A stretch of DNA of 64,000 nt from Minisyncoccota bacterium (lineage in GTDB: Bacteria > Patescibacteriota > Minisyncoccia > Phycocordibacterales > UBA5272). A program made the translations under genes and the position numbers. Below, piece after piece: positions 47,693-56,351 of this stretch (position 1 is the stretch's first letter; each line of letters starts with the position of its first letter). The stretch is from NCBI GenBank assembly GCA_041651055.1, contig JBAZJW010000003.1, positions 18,089 through 82,088 of the forward strand. Reading direction: 5' to 3'. The notes below the pieces were generated by a model. It worked only from the letters and a program-made list of their open reading frames with translations. It was not told where the DNA came from and made no database searches.

Positions 47693-48088
47693 TTATTCAG
47701 ACGGTTTGAATAGATCTTTTCCATAAGAAATATTCCTAAGTGTTCTTTTTTGCTCATCAGATAAATTTGAATCATTTATCTTCTTTAGTTCCTCTTGAAG
47801 TTCGTCCTTTGCAGGAGCTACAATAGTGGCCCAAGTCTCTGAACCTGCAAGAGAACTTGTCATGTAAGGATAGGTTTTGTTTGACGTAGTGAATGTAAGA
47901 TTAGACAAGTGGTAGCCATAATGTTTTCCATACTCATGATAACAATTCTCATCAAATTCACATTCAGAACATTCATAGGTGCCGAGAGTGACAATGCCTT
48001 TGAAGTCTCCCTTGGTTTGTATAAGGTCACCCAAGCTGATATCTTTTCCATTCATATCCTTAATTCCAATAGGTATCTTTTTCATTTT
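47693..48088 (-). CDS. YopX-like protein (start reassigned to about MKKIPIG)
   Basis: IGIKDMNGKDISLGDLI. Confidence 0.55.
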   Translation of the reverse strand, partial: KMKKIPIGIKDMNGKDISLGDLIQTKGDFKGIVTLGTYECSECEFDENCYHEYGKHYGYHLSNLTFTTSNKTYPYMTSSLAGSETWATIVAPAKDELQEELKKINDSNLSDEQKRTLRNISYGKDLFKPSE

Positions 48089-48161
48089 AAGTATAGTCAA
48101 AATATGCTTCCATCTCAAGAATCTCCTGACCAATCTGCTTCAACGGATTGTAAAAAAAAGA

Positions 48162-48232
48162 AGGGGATTTTATTTTTATAAATAATTAAAAATAGAATAA
48201 AAAATTTTTTCTAATAGGATTATTAATTATTT
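48162..48232. repeat. Dispersed AT-rich element, copy 2
   Basis: Matches 14970-15040. Confidence 0.75.
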
Positions 48233-48300
48233 TTAATTAATAATGGGGGGTTGTTTTTAGATCGTGGAGTATGGTTAGTGTATAGATTGAGATATTTCTT

Positions 48301-48394
48301 TGCAGGTTGGGGGAATCGAACCCCCGACTCTCACAGGACTATTTATTCATCACAGTTAGTGACTTTCCCAGTTAATCCATTGGTCGATACCTGC
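48301..48394 (-). tRNA. Atypical tRNA-like RNA
   Basis: GCAGGT/ACCTGC acceptor, GAC/GTC D stem, canonical GGGGG-TTCGATT-CCCCC T-arm; irregular anticodon region. Confidence 0.6.
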
Positions 48395-48402
48395 TTACGT
48401 AT

Positions 48403-48455
48403 TGGAAGGGGTGGGATTCGAACCCACACTCATGGTATCACCCGCAACACATCCA
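48403..48455 (-). ncRNA. Mini tRNA-like element (T-arm, weak acceptor, CCA)
   Basis: GTGGG-TTCGAAT-CCCAC then CCCTTCCA; only ~53 nt, no D-arm. Confidence 0.5.
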
Positions 48456-48457
48456 TA

Positions 48458-48745
48458 TTATATTATCCCTTCCTTTTTGATATTGTATGATTCGTCAAAT
48501 GCTTCTATGTTATCCAATTGTTCTTGAGTGAAAGGCCCATATGATTCTTGATCATTGTCTTCATCTCTTGCATTATCAAGCTCTTCTTTGGATAATACTC
48601 CAATATTTGTATAAGTATTGAATCCACAACGCTTGCATATTCCTTCAATCACATCAAACGGTTTATAATCAGAGTAACACTCTAAAGTTTGCTTTCCTCT
48701 GCAGCGAGGGCAATCATTTGAGTAACTGGTTCCTGACATCTTCAA
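48458..48745 (-). CDS. Zinc-ribbon protein
   Basis: CPRC...CKRCGF. Confidence 0.6.
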   Translation of the reverse strand: MKMSGTSYSNDCPRCRGKQTLECYSDYKPFDVIEGICKRCGFNTYTNIGVLSKEELDNARDEDNDQESYGPFTQEQLDNIEAFDESYNIKKEGII

Positions 48746-48978
48746 TCATCTCCATTGTATTCTTCTATTCTGTCAAAGTCCAAGAGAACATCTCCACAAT
48801 TTTCGCATTCAATAGCGACATTCATGATAGGGCCTGTTCTCTTTCCTGTCTTATGATTCATCTTAGAATAACCAACACATACAATCCAGTGACCAATGTG
48901 TTGCCTTAGTGTTTCAAAGTCGTGTGCTCCCATAAGAATTAGTCCTCCTTGTTTGATTTGCCAGTAGCACAAGTCCAA
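48742..48978 (-). CDS. Small Zn-binding phage protein (likely start MGAH)
   Basis: HIGHWIVCVGY...NVAIECENCGDVLLD. Confidence 0.6.
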   Translation of the reverse strand: MDLCYWQIKQGGLILMGAHDFETLRQHIGHWIVCVGYSKMNHKTGKRTGPIMNVAIECENCGDVLLDFDRIEEYNGDD

Positions 48979-49175
48979 TGAACTGGAATTGCTACTGAGT
49001 TATATACTTTTCCTTCTCTGCACTTCTCCTGTTCTATGACATCTTCTCCAGGACCAACAGGGACTAAACATATTAGGTCACCCAATTTAAATAAGTGCTT
49101 GCATGCGGGGCATTCTTTTCCAATTATTGGAGAATTTTGTTTAAGCGGTCCGAACTTCCTTAATTCAGTAATCAT
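48939..49175 (-). CDS. Small Zn-finger protein
   Basis: CPACK..F..GD...HWTC. Confidence 0.6.
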   Translation of the reverse strand: MITELRKFGPLKQNSPIIGKECPACKHLFKLGDLICLVPVGPGEDVIEQEKCREGKVYNSVAIPVHWTCATGKSNKED

Positions 49176-49391
49176 TTTGTTTTGTTTGATTTATATTTTT
49201 TCATAAGTATCTCAGTTATTTCACTACGTTCCTAATTGGTTAAATCCAAGACTATCTCTATATCAACCATGAATCTATTGGTTGAATCTGAGATCTTACA
49301 CATATATCTGCGTCCCTTGTATATAACATCGTAATAGGTTGCAGTCATGTCTCCTGTCTTGCGGATTGTATCTGACATTTTGATTTATTGA

Positions 49392-49577
49392 TTATTCTAT
49401 GTCATCTAGGAAGGCTCTGACAGTTTTGATATTATTGTAGATGTGGGTTGAGGTATCCTGTCCAGAGGATTCCATCTCTTCCATATGTGTGCGTTCATCA
49501 TCTTCCAAGTAGTCAAGTATGGTTCTCATCGAGGAGAGAACAGCATCGGTCAGTTCAGCCATTTTTATTCGATCCAA
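49392..49577 (-). CDS. Hypothetical protein
   Basis: ILDYL.DDE.TH...HIY motif. Confidence 0.55.
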   Translation of the reverse strand: MDRIKMAELTDAVLSSMRTILDYLEDDERTHMEEMESSGQDTSTHIYNNIKTVRAFLDDIE

Positions 49578-49580
49578 GTG

Positions 49581-49919
49581 TTATGGTTGGTTTATAACTT
49601 CCTTCTTTAATTTCTTCTTCAAGTAGTTGTAGAAGATTAAAGCGTTCTCAGGAGTTTGAACAAGATACCAGTTTACATAAGGTTTGTTTCTACTATTACA
49701 CTTATTGATAGGACAGGAATAACAGCCTCCATTGTATTGATTGCAGTAGTATTCGCAGAGGAAACATTCTGCCATGACAAAATCATCAGATATACCAATT
49801 GCAGTCCTAGCCATATACTTGTTTATTTCTGATGATAGGGTTGGGTCGCTATGCTTGGATAACCATTCCCACGCCTTAAGACAATAAGAGTGGGCCTCTT
49901 CTTCAGTCAATGTTTTCAT
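49581..49919 (-). CDS. Cys-rich protein, paralog family member 2
   Basis: CL.AWEWLS...CFLCEY...CYSCPI..C...PY..W...FYNYL. Confidence 0.65.
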   Translation of the reverse strand: MKTLTEEEAHSYCLKAWEWLSKHSDPTLSSEINKYMARTAIGISDDFVMAECFLCEYYCNQYNGGCYSCPINKCNSRNKPYVNWYLVQTPENALIFYNYLKKKLKKEVINQP

Positions 49920-50316
49920 TTGGTTTATCGTATTTCAATAAGAGTTCACATAGGTCGGCTTTAAATAAGTGTTCATCAGAGGGTGAGAGCTTGATTCCAA
50001 GGTCCGTATAAAGCAGTAGAGTGATGGAGGTTGAGAGTTTGAGGAGGGAGTCATAGGGTGTAGCTGGAGGGGTTGTGGTTTGGTGGGTCAGGATGACTGC
50101 ATAGGACTCTATCTTAGACAGTGTGTTGCGTTCTTTCTCCATTAGGAACCAGGTGTTCAACATGCGAAGGGAGTCGAATTGAAGCAATCGCTTGGAGAAA
50201 TGGATGTCAAAGTCCTTATTAGACATAAGGCGTTCAGATGTTGGGGAAATCATTGTAATCAGGTGAAGTCTCTGAGTTCGTCTTTGTTCATTGGTCGGGA
50301 GGCTCCACATATACAC
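49903..50316 (-). CDS. Hypothetical protein (start likely internal)
   Basis: Co-oriented; overlaps the phosphatase end. Confidence 0.45.
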   Translation of the reverse strand: MYMWSLPTNEQRRTQRLHLITMISPTSERLMSNKDFDIHFSKRLLQFDSLRMLNTWFLMEKERNTLSKIESYAVILTHQTTTPPATPYDSLLKLSTSITLLLYTDLGIKLSPSDEHLFKADLCELLLKYDKPNENID

Positions 50317-51386
50317 GAGACAGTCATATCTACCATGTCGTAACAGCAGTAGTCGTGTTTCTTACAGGTTTTCTCCTCAGTGGATTTTTTCTTTGAGGAA
50401 TTTAGTTCTGAATCCTTTGAGAAAGTCCTGAACCAGGACTCCTTTTCCTTAGCGACTTGGACTAGTTTGGCGGCTTCCTTCTTGATTGCTTTGATTATGC
50501 GGTTTGGAATTTTTCGTCCAAGATACTCATAGATAAAGATTTCCTGATCCCTGGTCTCAATGGCCTCCTTACAATAATGCTTTCTAACATAGTCGATTGG
50601 GTCTGTTTTCTTGGAGAGGTGGAGACCGCACCATATTGCTAGGACGGTTCCAGTGCGGCCGTGAGCTCCTTCACATGTGACCAATACTTTTCCAGTGGTG
50701 GTTCTCTCTTTTAAGTAGTCAATGATCACATCCATTTGTTCTTTGGTTGGGGGAGTGCGGTCCATGACATCAACGATTAATGGAGAGAAGTAGCGGGTGT
50801 CAAAGATGGGGTATTCTCTGAGGGTGTGGTTGTCAGTCATAACCCAACCTGAGAATTCCTTCAAGCGATCATAAGGTATTGTGTAGGACATCAGGCGGAC
50901 TGGTTGTAGATTGAATAGCTTGGGGTGGCTGTGTTCAATGGTGTGGGAGCAAGTATCAAAGTTGTAATAAGTGTTTGAGTGGATACAAGCTGAGCCTTTG
51001 GTGTAGAGGCCGCCGCTCAATGTGGTTTGACCTCTCATCATAGCTTCCTCTTGTTCGAGCTTGTATTCTTCAAACATGTCGCGTTCTTCTTCTGATGAGG
51101 CGCATTGAGTTAGGTAGCCTTCACATGCCAAGACAATGCGCTCATAATCTTCTTCAGAGTGACATTCAAGAGCGCAATCACATCCAATGCAGTCTACAGG
51201 TGAGCCGCATATGTCAATGTCTGATATCATAGTAGAATCTACAAGTGGAAGGATACCATAATCCTTTGACTCCTTTTCGCTCACATCGTGGTCTGAGAAT
51301 AAGGAGACAATGGCTTGGTTCTCATTGATGTCATCTGAGAAGTCTTCATTTGAGTTACGTCTGCTTGTGTGTTTGTTTCGTCCCAT
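50259..51386 (-). CDS. Cys-based protein tyrosine / dual-specificity phosphatase
   Basis: VLVTCEGAHGRTG (CX5R), VMDRTPP general-acid loop, YVRKHYCKEAIETRDQ. Confidence 0.85.
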   Translation of the reverse strand: MGRNKHTSRRNSNEDFSDDINENQAIVSLFSDHDVSEKESKDYGILPLVDSTMISDIDICGSPVDCIGCDCALECHSEEDYERIVLACEGYLTQCASSEEERDMFEEYKLEQEEAMMRGQTTLSGGLYTKGSACIHSNTYYNFDTCSHTIEHSHPKLFNLQPVRLMSYTIPYDRLKEFSGWVMTDNHTLREYPIFDTRYFSPLIVDVMDRTPPTKEQMDVIIDYLKERTTTGKVLVTCEGAHGRTGTVLAIWCGLHLSKKTDPIDYVRKHYCKEAIETRDQEIFIYEYLGRKIPNRIIKAIKKEAAKLVQVAKEKESWFRTFSKDSELNSSKKKSTEEKTCKKHDYCCYDMVDMTVSCICGASRPMNKDELRDFT

Positions 51387-51841
51387 TTTTGAATCTTATT
51401 TAATGTATTTTAAAAAGTATGTTTAATTGGATAAGTGAGAATAAAACTCAAGAGAGTTTAAGCTCTTGAGTAAATACTGTTGTTGTTTCCGTTGTCGTGG
51501 TCGATCTATTGGCTGCCGTATCCGTAGGTTTTGTCAACTATTTCCTGAGCGTTTTCTCCCTTAGATATGTGGGTTACGGAGAGGACAGAAGGGGTTGCCT
51601 TTGATGTTCCCTGGGTGTATAGGAAGCGAACAGCTGAGTTCACTACTCCAACACATAAGCCAACTGAGGTTACTTGTGATGCGTGGTTTCCTTGCTTCCA
51701 GGTAAAGGACTCAGGTAGCTCTCCTTTTACAGTTGTGGTCTGATCTGCAAGTTGTATGCGGACTCTTACTGCTTCTTCACTGATCGCTCTGATTCCAATT
51801 AATCCTTTGTTGTTTCTTCAGGTTCTGTTGGGGTGGTCATC

Positions 51842-52060
51842 TTAAGGTTTGTAACGCGGTTCGATTGTGGTTCCGAATCGTTTGAGTCTGCATAGGGAGT
51901 TGATTTGATTGATGCGGAATATAAGGGAACGTGCTTGTTTTACTGTCATGCCTTCGATTAACTGTCGTTCATGTTCCATGAGGCCGTCAGTGTTTACTGG
52001 TTGGTTGTCTGCTTCAAGTTCGCGTTGTCTCATCTGTTTGATTGCATCGGAGAAGGTCAT
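51842..52060 (-). CDS. Hypothetical protein
   Basis: Co-oriented ORF. Confidence 0.5.
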   Translation of the reverse strand: MTFSDAIKQMRQRELEADNQPVNTDGLMEHERQLIEGMTVKQARSLIFRINQINSLCRLKRFGTTIEPRYKP

Positions 52061-52344
52061 TTTATTTTTTGTAGTCTGGAGAGCACTTGTATCTGAATAA
52101 ATCTGGTTGGAATTGGGGGTTGTCTTTTTTGAAGACGAGGCAGAGAGCGTCCAGTTGTTGTTCTATGCTTCCAGTGCGGAAGGCTTTGGCTACCAGTTCG
52201 TAATCTTTGCGGCTTGTCATTTTGATTTGTTTAGTTTACGTAAGGCAAAGTATCATCCAAGATATATTCCAAGGAAAGAGCCAAGGTATATTCCAAAGAA
52301 AAAGGCAAGTGACCATTGAATCAGTGTAATTTGTGCGATTTGAT

Positions 52345-52767
52345 TCATTTTTGTTTGTTTAATTTGATTCTATTGATTTTTTCTTCTTGTAACTCTGCAA
52401 GTATTGTTTTAAGGTAATCTACCTCTGATTGTATTAGTGATATCATATATGAGTCAGTTGGGTCTATTGTTGTTTGTAGTTTTCTTTTTCCTTCTAAAAC
52501 GTATTTTGTGTGTATTTTGTCCCAAGGCGTATTTACACAATGTCCATCTCTTAAGCGTATTGGACAATATTCGCATTTAAAATTTACGAAGAATGTTAAG
52601 CATAAAGGGCATGTATCAGTGTAGATTTCAGGGGAGTATGGTTTTTTGGCATTTGGCTTTAAGTTGTCTTTGATCCAGTGAGAGATGCTTTGCTTGGTTG
52701 CCTCGATTGCTTTGTTAAGGTCTTGGTCTGTGTGTGTTGTTGTGTATTTGGTTGTACTGATTGTCAT
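52345..52767 (-). CDS. Cys-rich protein, paralog family member 3
   Basis: SISHW...CPLC...CEYCPI...C.NTPW. Confidence 0.6.
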   Translation of the reverse strand: MTISTTKYTTTHTDQDLNKAIEATKQSISHWIKDNLKPNAKKPYSPEIYTDTCPLCLTFFVNFKCEYCPIRLRDGHCVNTPWDKIHTKYVLEGKRKLQTTIDPTDSYMISLIQSEVDYLKTILAELQEEKINRIKLNKQK

Positions 52768-52777
52768 TTTTATTTGT

Positions 52778-52972
52778 TTATTTTGATTCGTTTAAGAGTG
52801 ATCTTGCGTGTTGGATTATTTTGGTTGCGGATTGCTTGAGTATTCCTATTTCTTCAAAGTCAAGATATGTGGATTCTGAGACATCTTGGATTGAGTAGAT
52901 TCCTTGGGAGTTTAGGGCTTTCTCAAGTTTTGGTCCGATTCCTGCTATTTCTTTTAGGTCGTATTCGTCCAT
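52778..52972 (-). CDS. Helix-hairpin-helix DNA-binding protein (RadA N-terminal-like)
   Basis: LKEIAGIGPKLEKALNSQGIYSIQDV...IGI...ATKII..AR. Confidence 0.8.
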   Translation of the reverse strand: MDEYDLKEIAGIGPKLEKALNSQGIYSIQDVSESTYLDFEEIGILKQSATKIIQHARSLLNESK

Positions 52973-53182
52973 TTTTGTTGTAACTTGATTTTATCTGGTT
53001 TTAAGATTAATTGTTTTTATAAAGGAATTGGCTTCGTGTTCGTAGTATATGAATTCGATTGATGATTCGATCAAGTAGTTTGATTAATTCATTCCATGTT
53101 TGTCGTAGTCGTAACAGGAGTGTCCATGTATGTCTAAATCTTGTTCATTCATTATAGTATTTTAAGTGTTTGTGTGAATTGA

Positions 53183-53602
53183 TTAGAGGGGTTTGTATGA
53201 GCAGATGGGGTAGCGTCTGTCTGCTTTGGAGGTGTATGGTTTGAGGTTGTAGATGCGGCTTGGGGGCCTGGGTTCAAGGGGGTTGCGGTTTAGGTCTTTT
53301 TTCTTGCGTTTTAGGTAGTCTATTGCGTCTTCTTTTTGTGTTGAGTGGAATTGTTTTAGGGTTTTGACTGTGGTGGGGGTTATGTGGAGTATTTGGTAGA
53401 CTAGTTGGTTTGGGCGTAGTAGTAGGGGGAGGATTTTTAGTGAGTCGTTTAGGCCTAGGCGGTAGTAGCCGTTGAATTCGCCTTTTTTATCGTATGTTTC
53501 GATCCAGTTGGTTGAATGCTGGATTTGCGTTGTAAGTGGTTCGATTAATGGTGTGGTCATTGGTTCCTTTATTGGTTCCTGCTCTTTAATCAGTGTTTCC
53601 AT
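53183..53602 (-). CDS. Hypothetical protein
   Basis: TCTAACATG leader. Confidence 0.55.
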   Translation of the reverse strand: METLIKEQEPIKEPMTTPLIEPLTTQIQHSTNWIETYDKKGEFNGYYRLGLNDSLKILPLLLRPNQLVYQILHITPTTVKTLKQFHSTQKEDAIDYLKRKKKDLNRNPLEPRPPSRIYNLKPYTSKADRRYPICSYKPL

Positions 53603-53609
53603 GTTAGAT

Positions 53610-53807
53610 TTATCTTAATTTGCAGTACTCTTTGAATCTGGGTGTGTGTTTATGAAGTAGTGAATCATATTTGGAGTATTTATCAGATAATGGGTGTTCA
53701 TTGTCTCTTATTCCAACTAGGCGGTTATAGAGAGTCATGAAGTAATGTAAACTTGCCTCACTTAAAGCATTGTCGTATTCTTTTAGTTCTTGTTCAAATG
53801 TTTCCAT
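53610..53807 (-). CDS. Hypothetical protein
   Basis: TCTAACATG leader. Confidence 0.55.
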   Translation of the reverse strand: METFEQELKEYDNALSEASLHYFMTLYNRLVGIRDNEHPLSDKYSKYDSLLHKHTPRFKEYCKLR

Positions 53808-53813
53808 GTTAGA

Positions 53814-54029
53814 TTAAGGCTTTGTAATTGTTGCTCTTATGGTGTATGTTGATTCGTCAAAGGTTCGTGTGTAGGTGTAGAGTTTCCATGTGCCTGGGAG
53901 GAAGCCAAGGCCTTTTAGGATTCTGTTGGCGGCTCCTTTGAGTGTTTTTAGATCTCTGATGAAGATTCCGTTGTCAGAACCCAGTCCTGCTAGTTGTCCG
54001 TTTATGTGCCTTTCAGCAAAGTAGTTCAT
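53814..54029 (-). CDS. Hypothetical protein
   Basis: TCTAACATG leader. Confidence 0.55.
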   Translation of the reverse strand: MNYFAERHINGQLAGLGSDNGIFIRDLKTLKGAANRILKGLGFLPGTWKLYTYTRTFDESTYTIRATITKP

Positions 54030-54393
54030 GTTAGAGGTTATTGCTTAGGATATATCTTGTGTATCTCATCTCATCATCTAACTGTTCATATACTGAGTTC
54101 TTGAATTGGTTGTCTTTGCTTGGGATTCTGTCTAATAGGATTGTTAAGGCATTCATTATGGCTTCTTGATTCCTGAGTATCTGTTTGGGTGTTGGGTCCA
54201 TGTTATGGTTTAGATGGTGATGAGTTTATTTGATTGATTAAATCCTTGCAGCCTTTAAGGATTGTTGACTTCTGTAGTTCTGATAGTTCTTGTGAGTCAA
54301 TTGTTATTGTATTTTGTCCCTGGTATATGCAGGTTATTGTATTGTTTTTATTTGTGTATTTGCCAAAAGTAATTGGGTCCATGTTAGAGTTTA

Positions 54394-54711
54394 TTATTGA
54401 CTATTTTCTTGTAGTTTTTCAAGTATGGTGTCATCTGTGAAGGCTATCCGGGTTTTTAGGGCTTGGTCAGCTGGCGGGCCTGAGAAGATACGTTTGAAGG
54501 CGGATTCTTTAAGTACGACAAGGCGGCCTGTGTTGGGGTTTATTAGGAGGATGCCTTCAGTTAAGTATTTGGTTTGGCATTCTTCGCATACTTGGGGTAG
54601 GGTTGAGTCTTTAGGAGGGAGTTCGTATTTAGTGTTTTTTCGTGCTATGAGGATTACTTCCCTGTGGCATATCATACAGTCTTTTACCAGTGTTGTTTCT
54701 CCAAGTTTCAT
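54394..54711 (-). CDS. Zn-binding phage protein
   Basis: CMIC...CEEC...TGRLVVLKESAFKRIF. Confidence 0.6.
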   Translation of the reverse strand: MKLGETTLVKDCMICHREVILIARKNTKYELPPKDSTLPQVCEECQTKYLTEGILLINPNTGRLVVLKESAFKRIFSGPPADQALKTRIAFTDDTILEKLQENSQ

Positions 54712-54790
54712 TTTGTTTGGTTTATTTGTTATGTTAAGGTAATTGTGGGGATAGTTTGGGGATAGTTGTTGGAAAGATGCGGGAAAGATT

Positions 54791-54860
54791 GACTCAAATT
54801 TGGGTAGGTACTCGGATTTGAGCAGGTACTCATTTTTGGGTAATTACTCAAAAGTGAGTA
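54791..54860. promoter_or_regulatory. Four tandem 16-bp palindromic operators (TACTCA-N4-TGAGTA consensus), 18-bp period
   Basis: Units at 54791, 54809, 54827 and 54845; related perfect palindrome at 56765-56790. Confidence 0.7.
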
Positions 54861-55071
54861 GGAAAAGTGTTAGAAAGTGGACTCACTTAATTCCAAGATA
54901 GGTGAGGACTTGGACATTAAGTGAGTGTAAGTGTAATAGGTATCAAGAGAACCATATTGATGTATTTTAATATATCAATAAGGGTTTATTATTGGGTTTT
55001 TTCTTAAGTTTATTCAAATAAATTGAATAAAAGAAAAACAATAAATAAAAGAAGAATTTTTGTTCGTTTAT

Positions 55072-55593
55072 TCAAGAGAAGATTTCCTCAAAACCGGGGG
55101 AAAAGCGAAAAAGCTCTGAATGAGTTGATTTCAATAAACGAAGAGCAATTTCAGGAGAAACAAAGCCTTTATAATCGGTTTCATAGATTTCCTTAATGCG
55201 ATTAATGTAAGCATGTTTTATTCCCTCTGACTCGATTTTACACTGGTTTTTCCAGTCAGGGTCGAGAGAAATGCTCTTGAATAGGTTTGATGTTGCTTTT
55301 TGGACAAGGGCTTCAAAAACTGCTCGGTCTTTTTGGAGGAGTAAAGCCATTTCAGGAGTTAAAGGAATTGTCATAGTGTTTATACCAATGCCTATGCGTA
55401 TTTGTTTTTGACTTTCGATAAGTTCTTTATCGTAGGCGATTATTTGTTCATAGGTTTTGTTGTCGTATTTTCTTTTACGGAAGTCATAGCGGCGCATATG
55501 ACTTAATTTCTTTTCGTTCTCTTTCGTTCTTTCACTTGGTCCGGTCAAGAGGACTTTTCCTCTTGGATGGTTTCGTCTATCCATTGGTTTCAC
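55072..55593 (-). CDS. Basic hypothetical protein
   Basis: 173 aa ORF. Confidence 0.55.
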   Translation of the reverse strand: MKPMDRRNHPRGKVLLTGPSERTKENEKKLSHMRRYDFRKRKYDNKTYEQIIAYDKELIESQKQIRIGIGINTMTIPLTPEMALLLQKDRAVFEALVQKATSNLFKSISLDPDWKNQCKIESEGIKHAYINRIKEIYETDYKGFVSPEIALRLLKSTHSELFRFSPGFEEIFS

Positions 55594-55682
55594 CTTTTAT
55601 TTTTAATTTTTTTTAATTTGTGAGAATGAATAGAAGAAGACCAAGTTCAGTTGACTTGGCTCTACAGATTCGATCAAGCCCT

Positions 55683-56096
55683 TTATTTCAGGGTTAATGC
55701 TCCCAGGACTTTTATCTGGGTTTCCGCCTGTCCACCGAGGTACTTGATACCGCTTAACCACTCGGTCGGATACTGCGTTGGATTTTCAAACGCAGCCAGA
55801 GCAGTCTTGTTCATTGCGTCTATTTGCTCCTCGGTGTAGACGATTCCCACTGCTGCTGATTGAGTCACTATTGACTTAACTTTGGCTAATGGGTCGCCTG
55901 TTTTTACGTCGCATACTCGTGCGACTTCGGTCAGCACTTTGACTGCTGCTGTCAGTTCTTCTTTGCTTATGCCGTGAAGTTCAATCTTTGTCGCAAGTGT
56001 TGCGGCTGGGATTGACTTCTTTTTCTCGTCTGTTTCTGTTGCCATTTTTCGCTCAATTAATTGAGAGGGAAATGGAGAGTTAATTATTTGGAACAA
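55683..56096 (-). CDS. Hypothetical protein (likely start MATET)
   Basis: Ala/Thr/Lys-rich ORF followed by a hairpin. Confidence 0.6.
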   Translation of the reverse strand: MFQIINSPFPSQLIERKMATETDEKKKSIPAATLATKIELHGISKEELTAAVKVLTEVARVCDVKTGDPLAKVKSIVTQSAAVGIVYTEEQIDAMNKTALAAFENPTQYPTEWLSGIKYLGGQAETQIKVLGALTLK

Positions 56097-56135
56097 GTGT
56101 GAGTCGTCAATGTAGGCAGTGTGCCTCTATTGGAT

Positions 56136-56351
56136 TTATCTTCTGAGAATCAATCCGAGCAATCTGTCGGGGTCGAAGTCGGACATCTTTATCAGTTGCC
56201 TCTCGCTCATCCCTGTCATCATGGAGATTTCCTTAAGTGGGATCTTCGATGTGCTTCCATTGGCTTCCAGTACAAAGACAGGCTCCCTGCTTCTTGTTTT
56301 GATTGGCAGGTCGCTCACCCTTATCTGGATGCCCCTTGTTGTATAGGTCAT
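56136..56351 (-). CDS. Small possible HTH protein
   Basis: PLKEISMMTGMSERQL. Confidence 0.5.
   Translation of the reverse strand: MTYTTRGIQIRVSDLPIKTRSREPVFVLEANGSTSKIPLKEISMMTGMSERQLIKMSDFDPDRLLGLILRR

Noticed and set aside
52257-52305. 24-bp tandem duplication and the + strand ORF 52107..52319
   Set aside because: Only two copies, in an intergenic gap; the ORF opposes local gene orientation and has no recognisable features.
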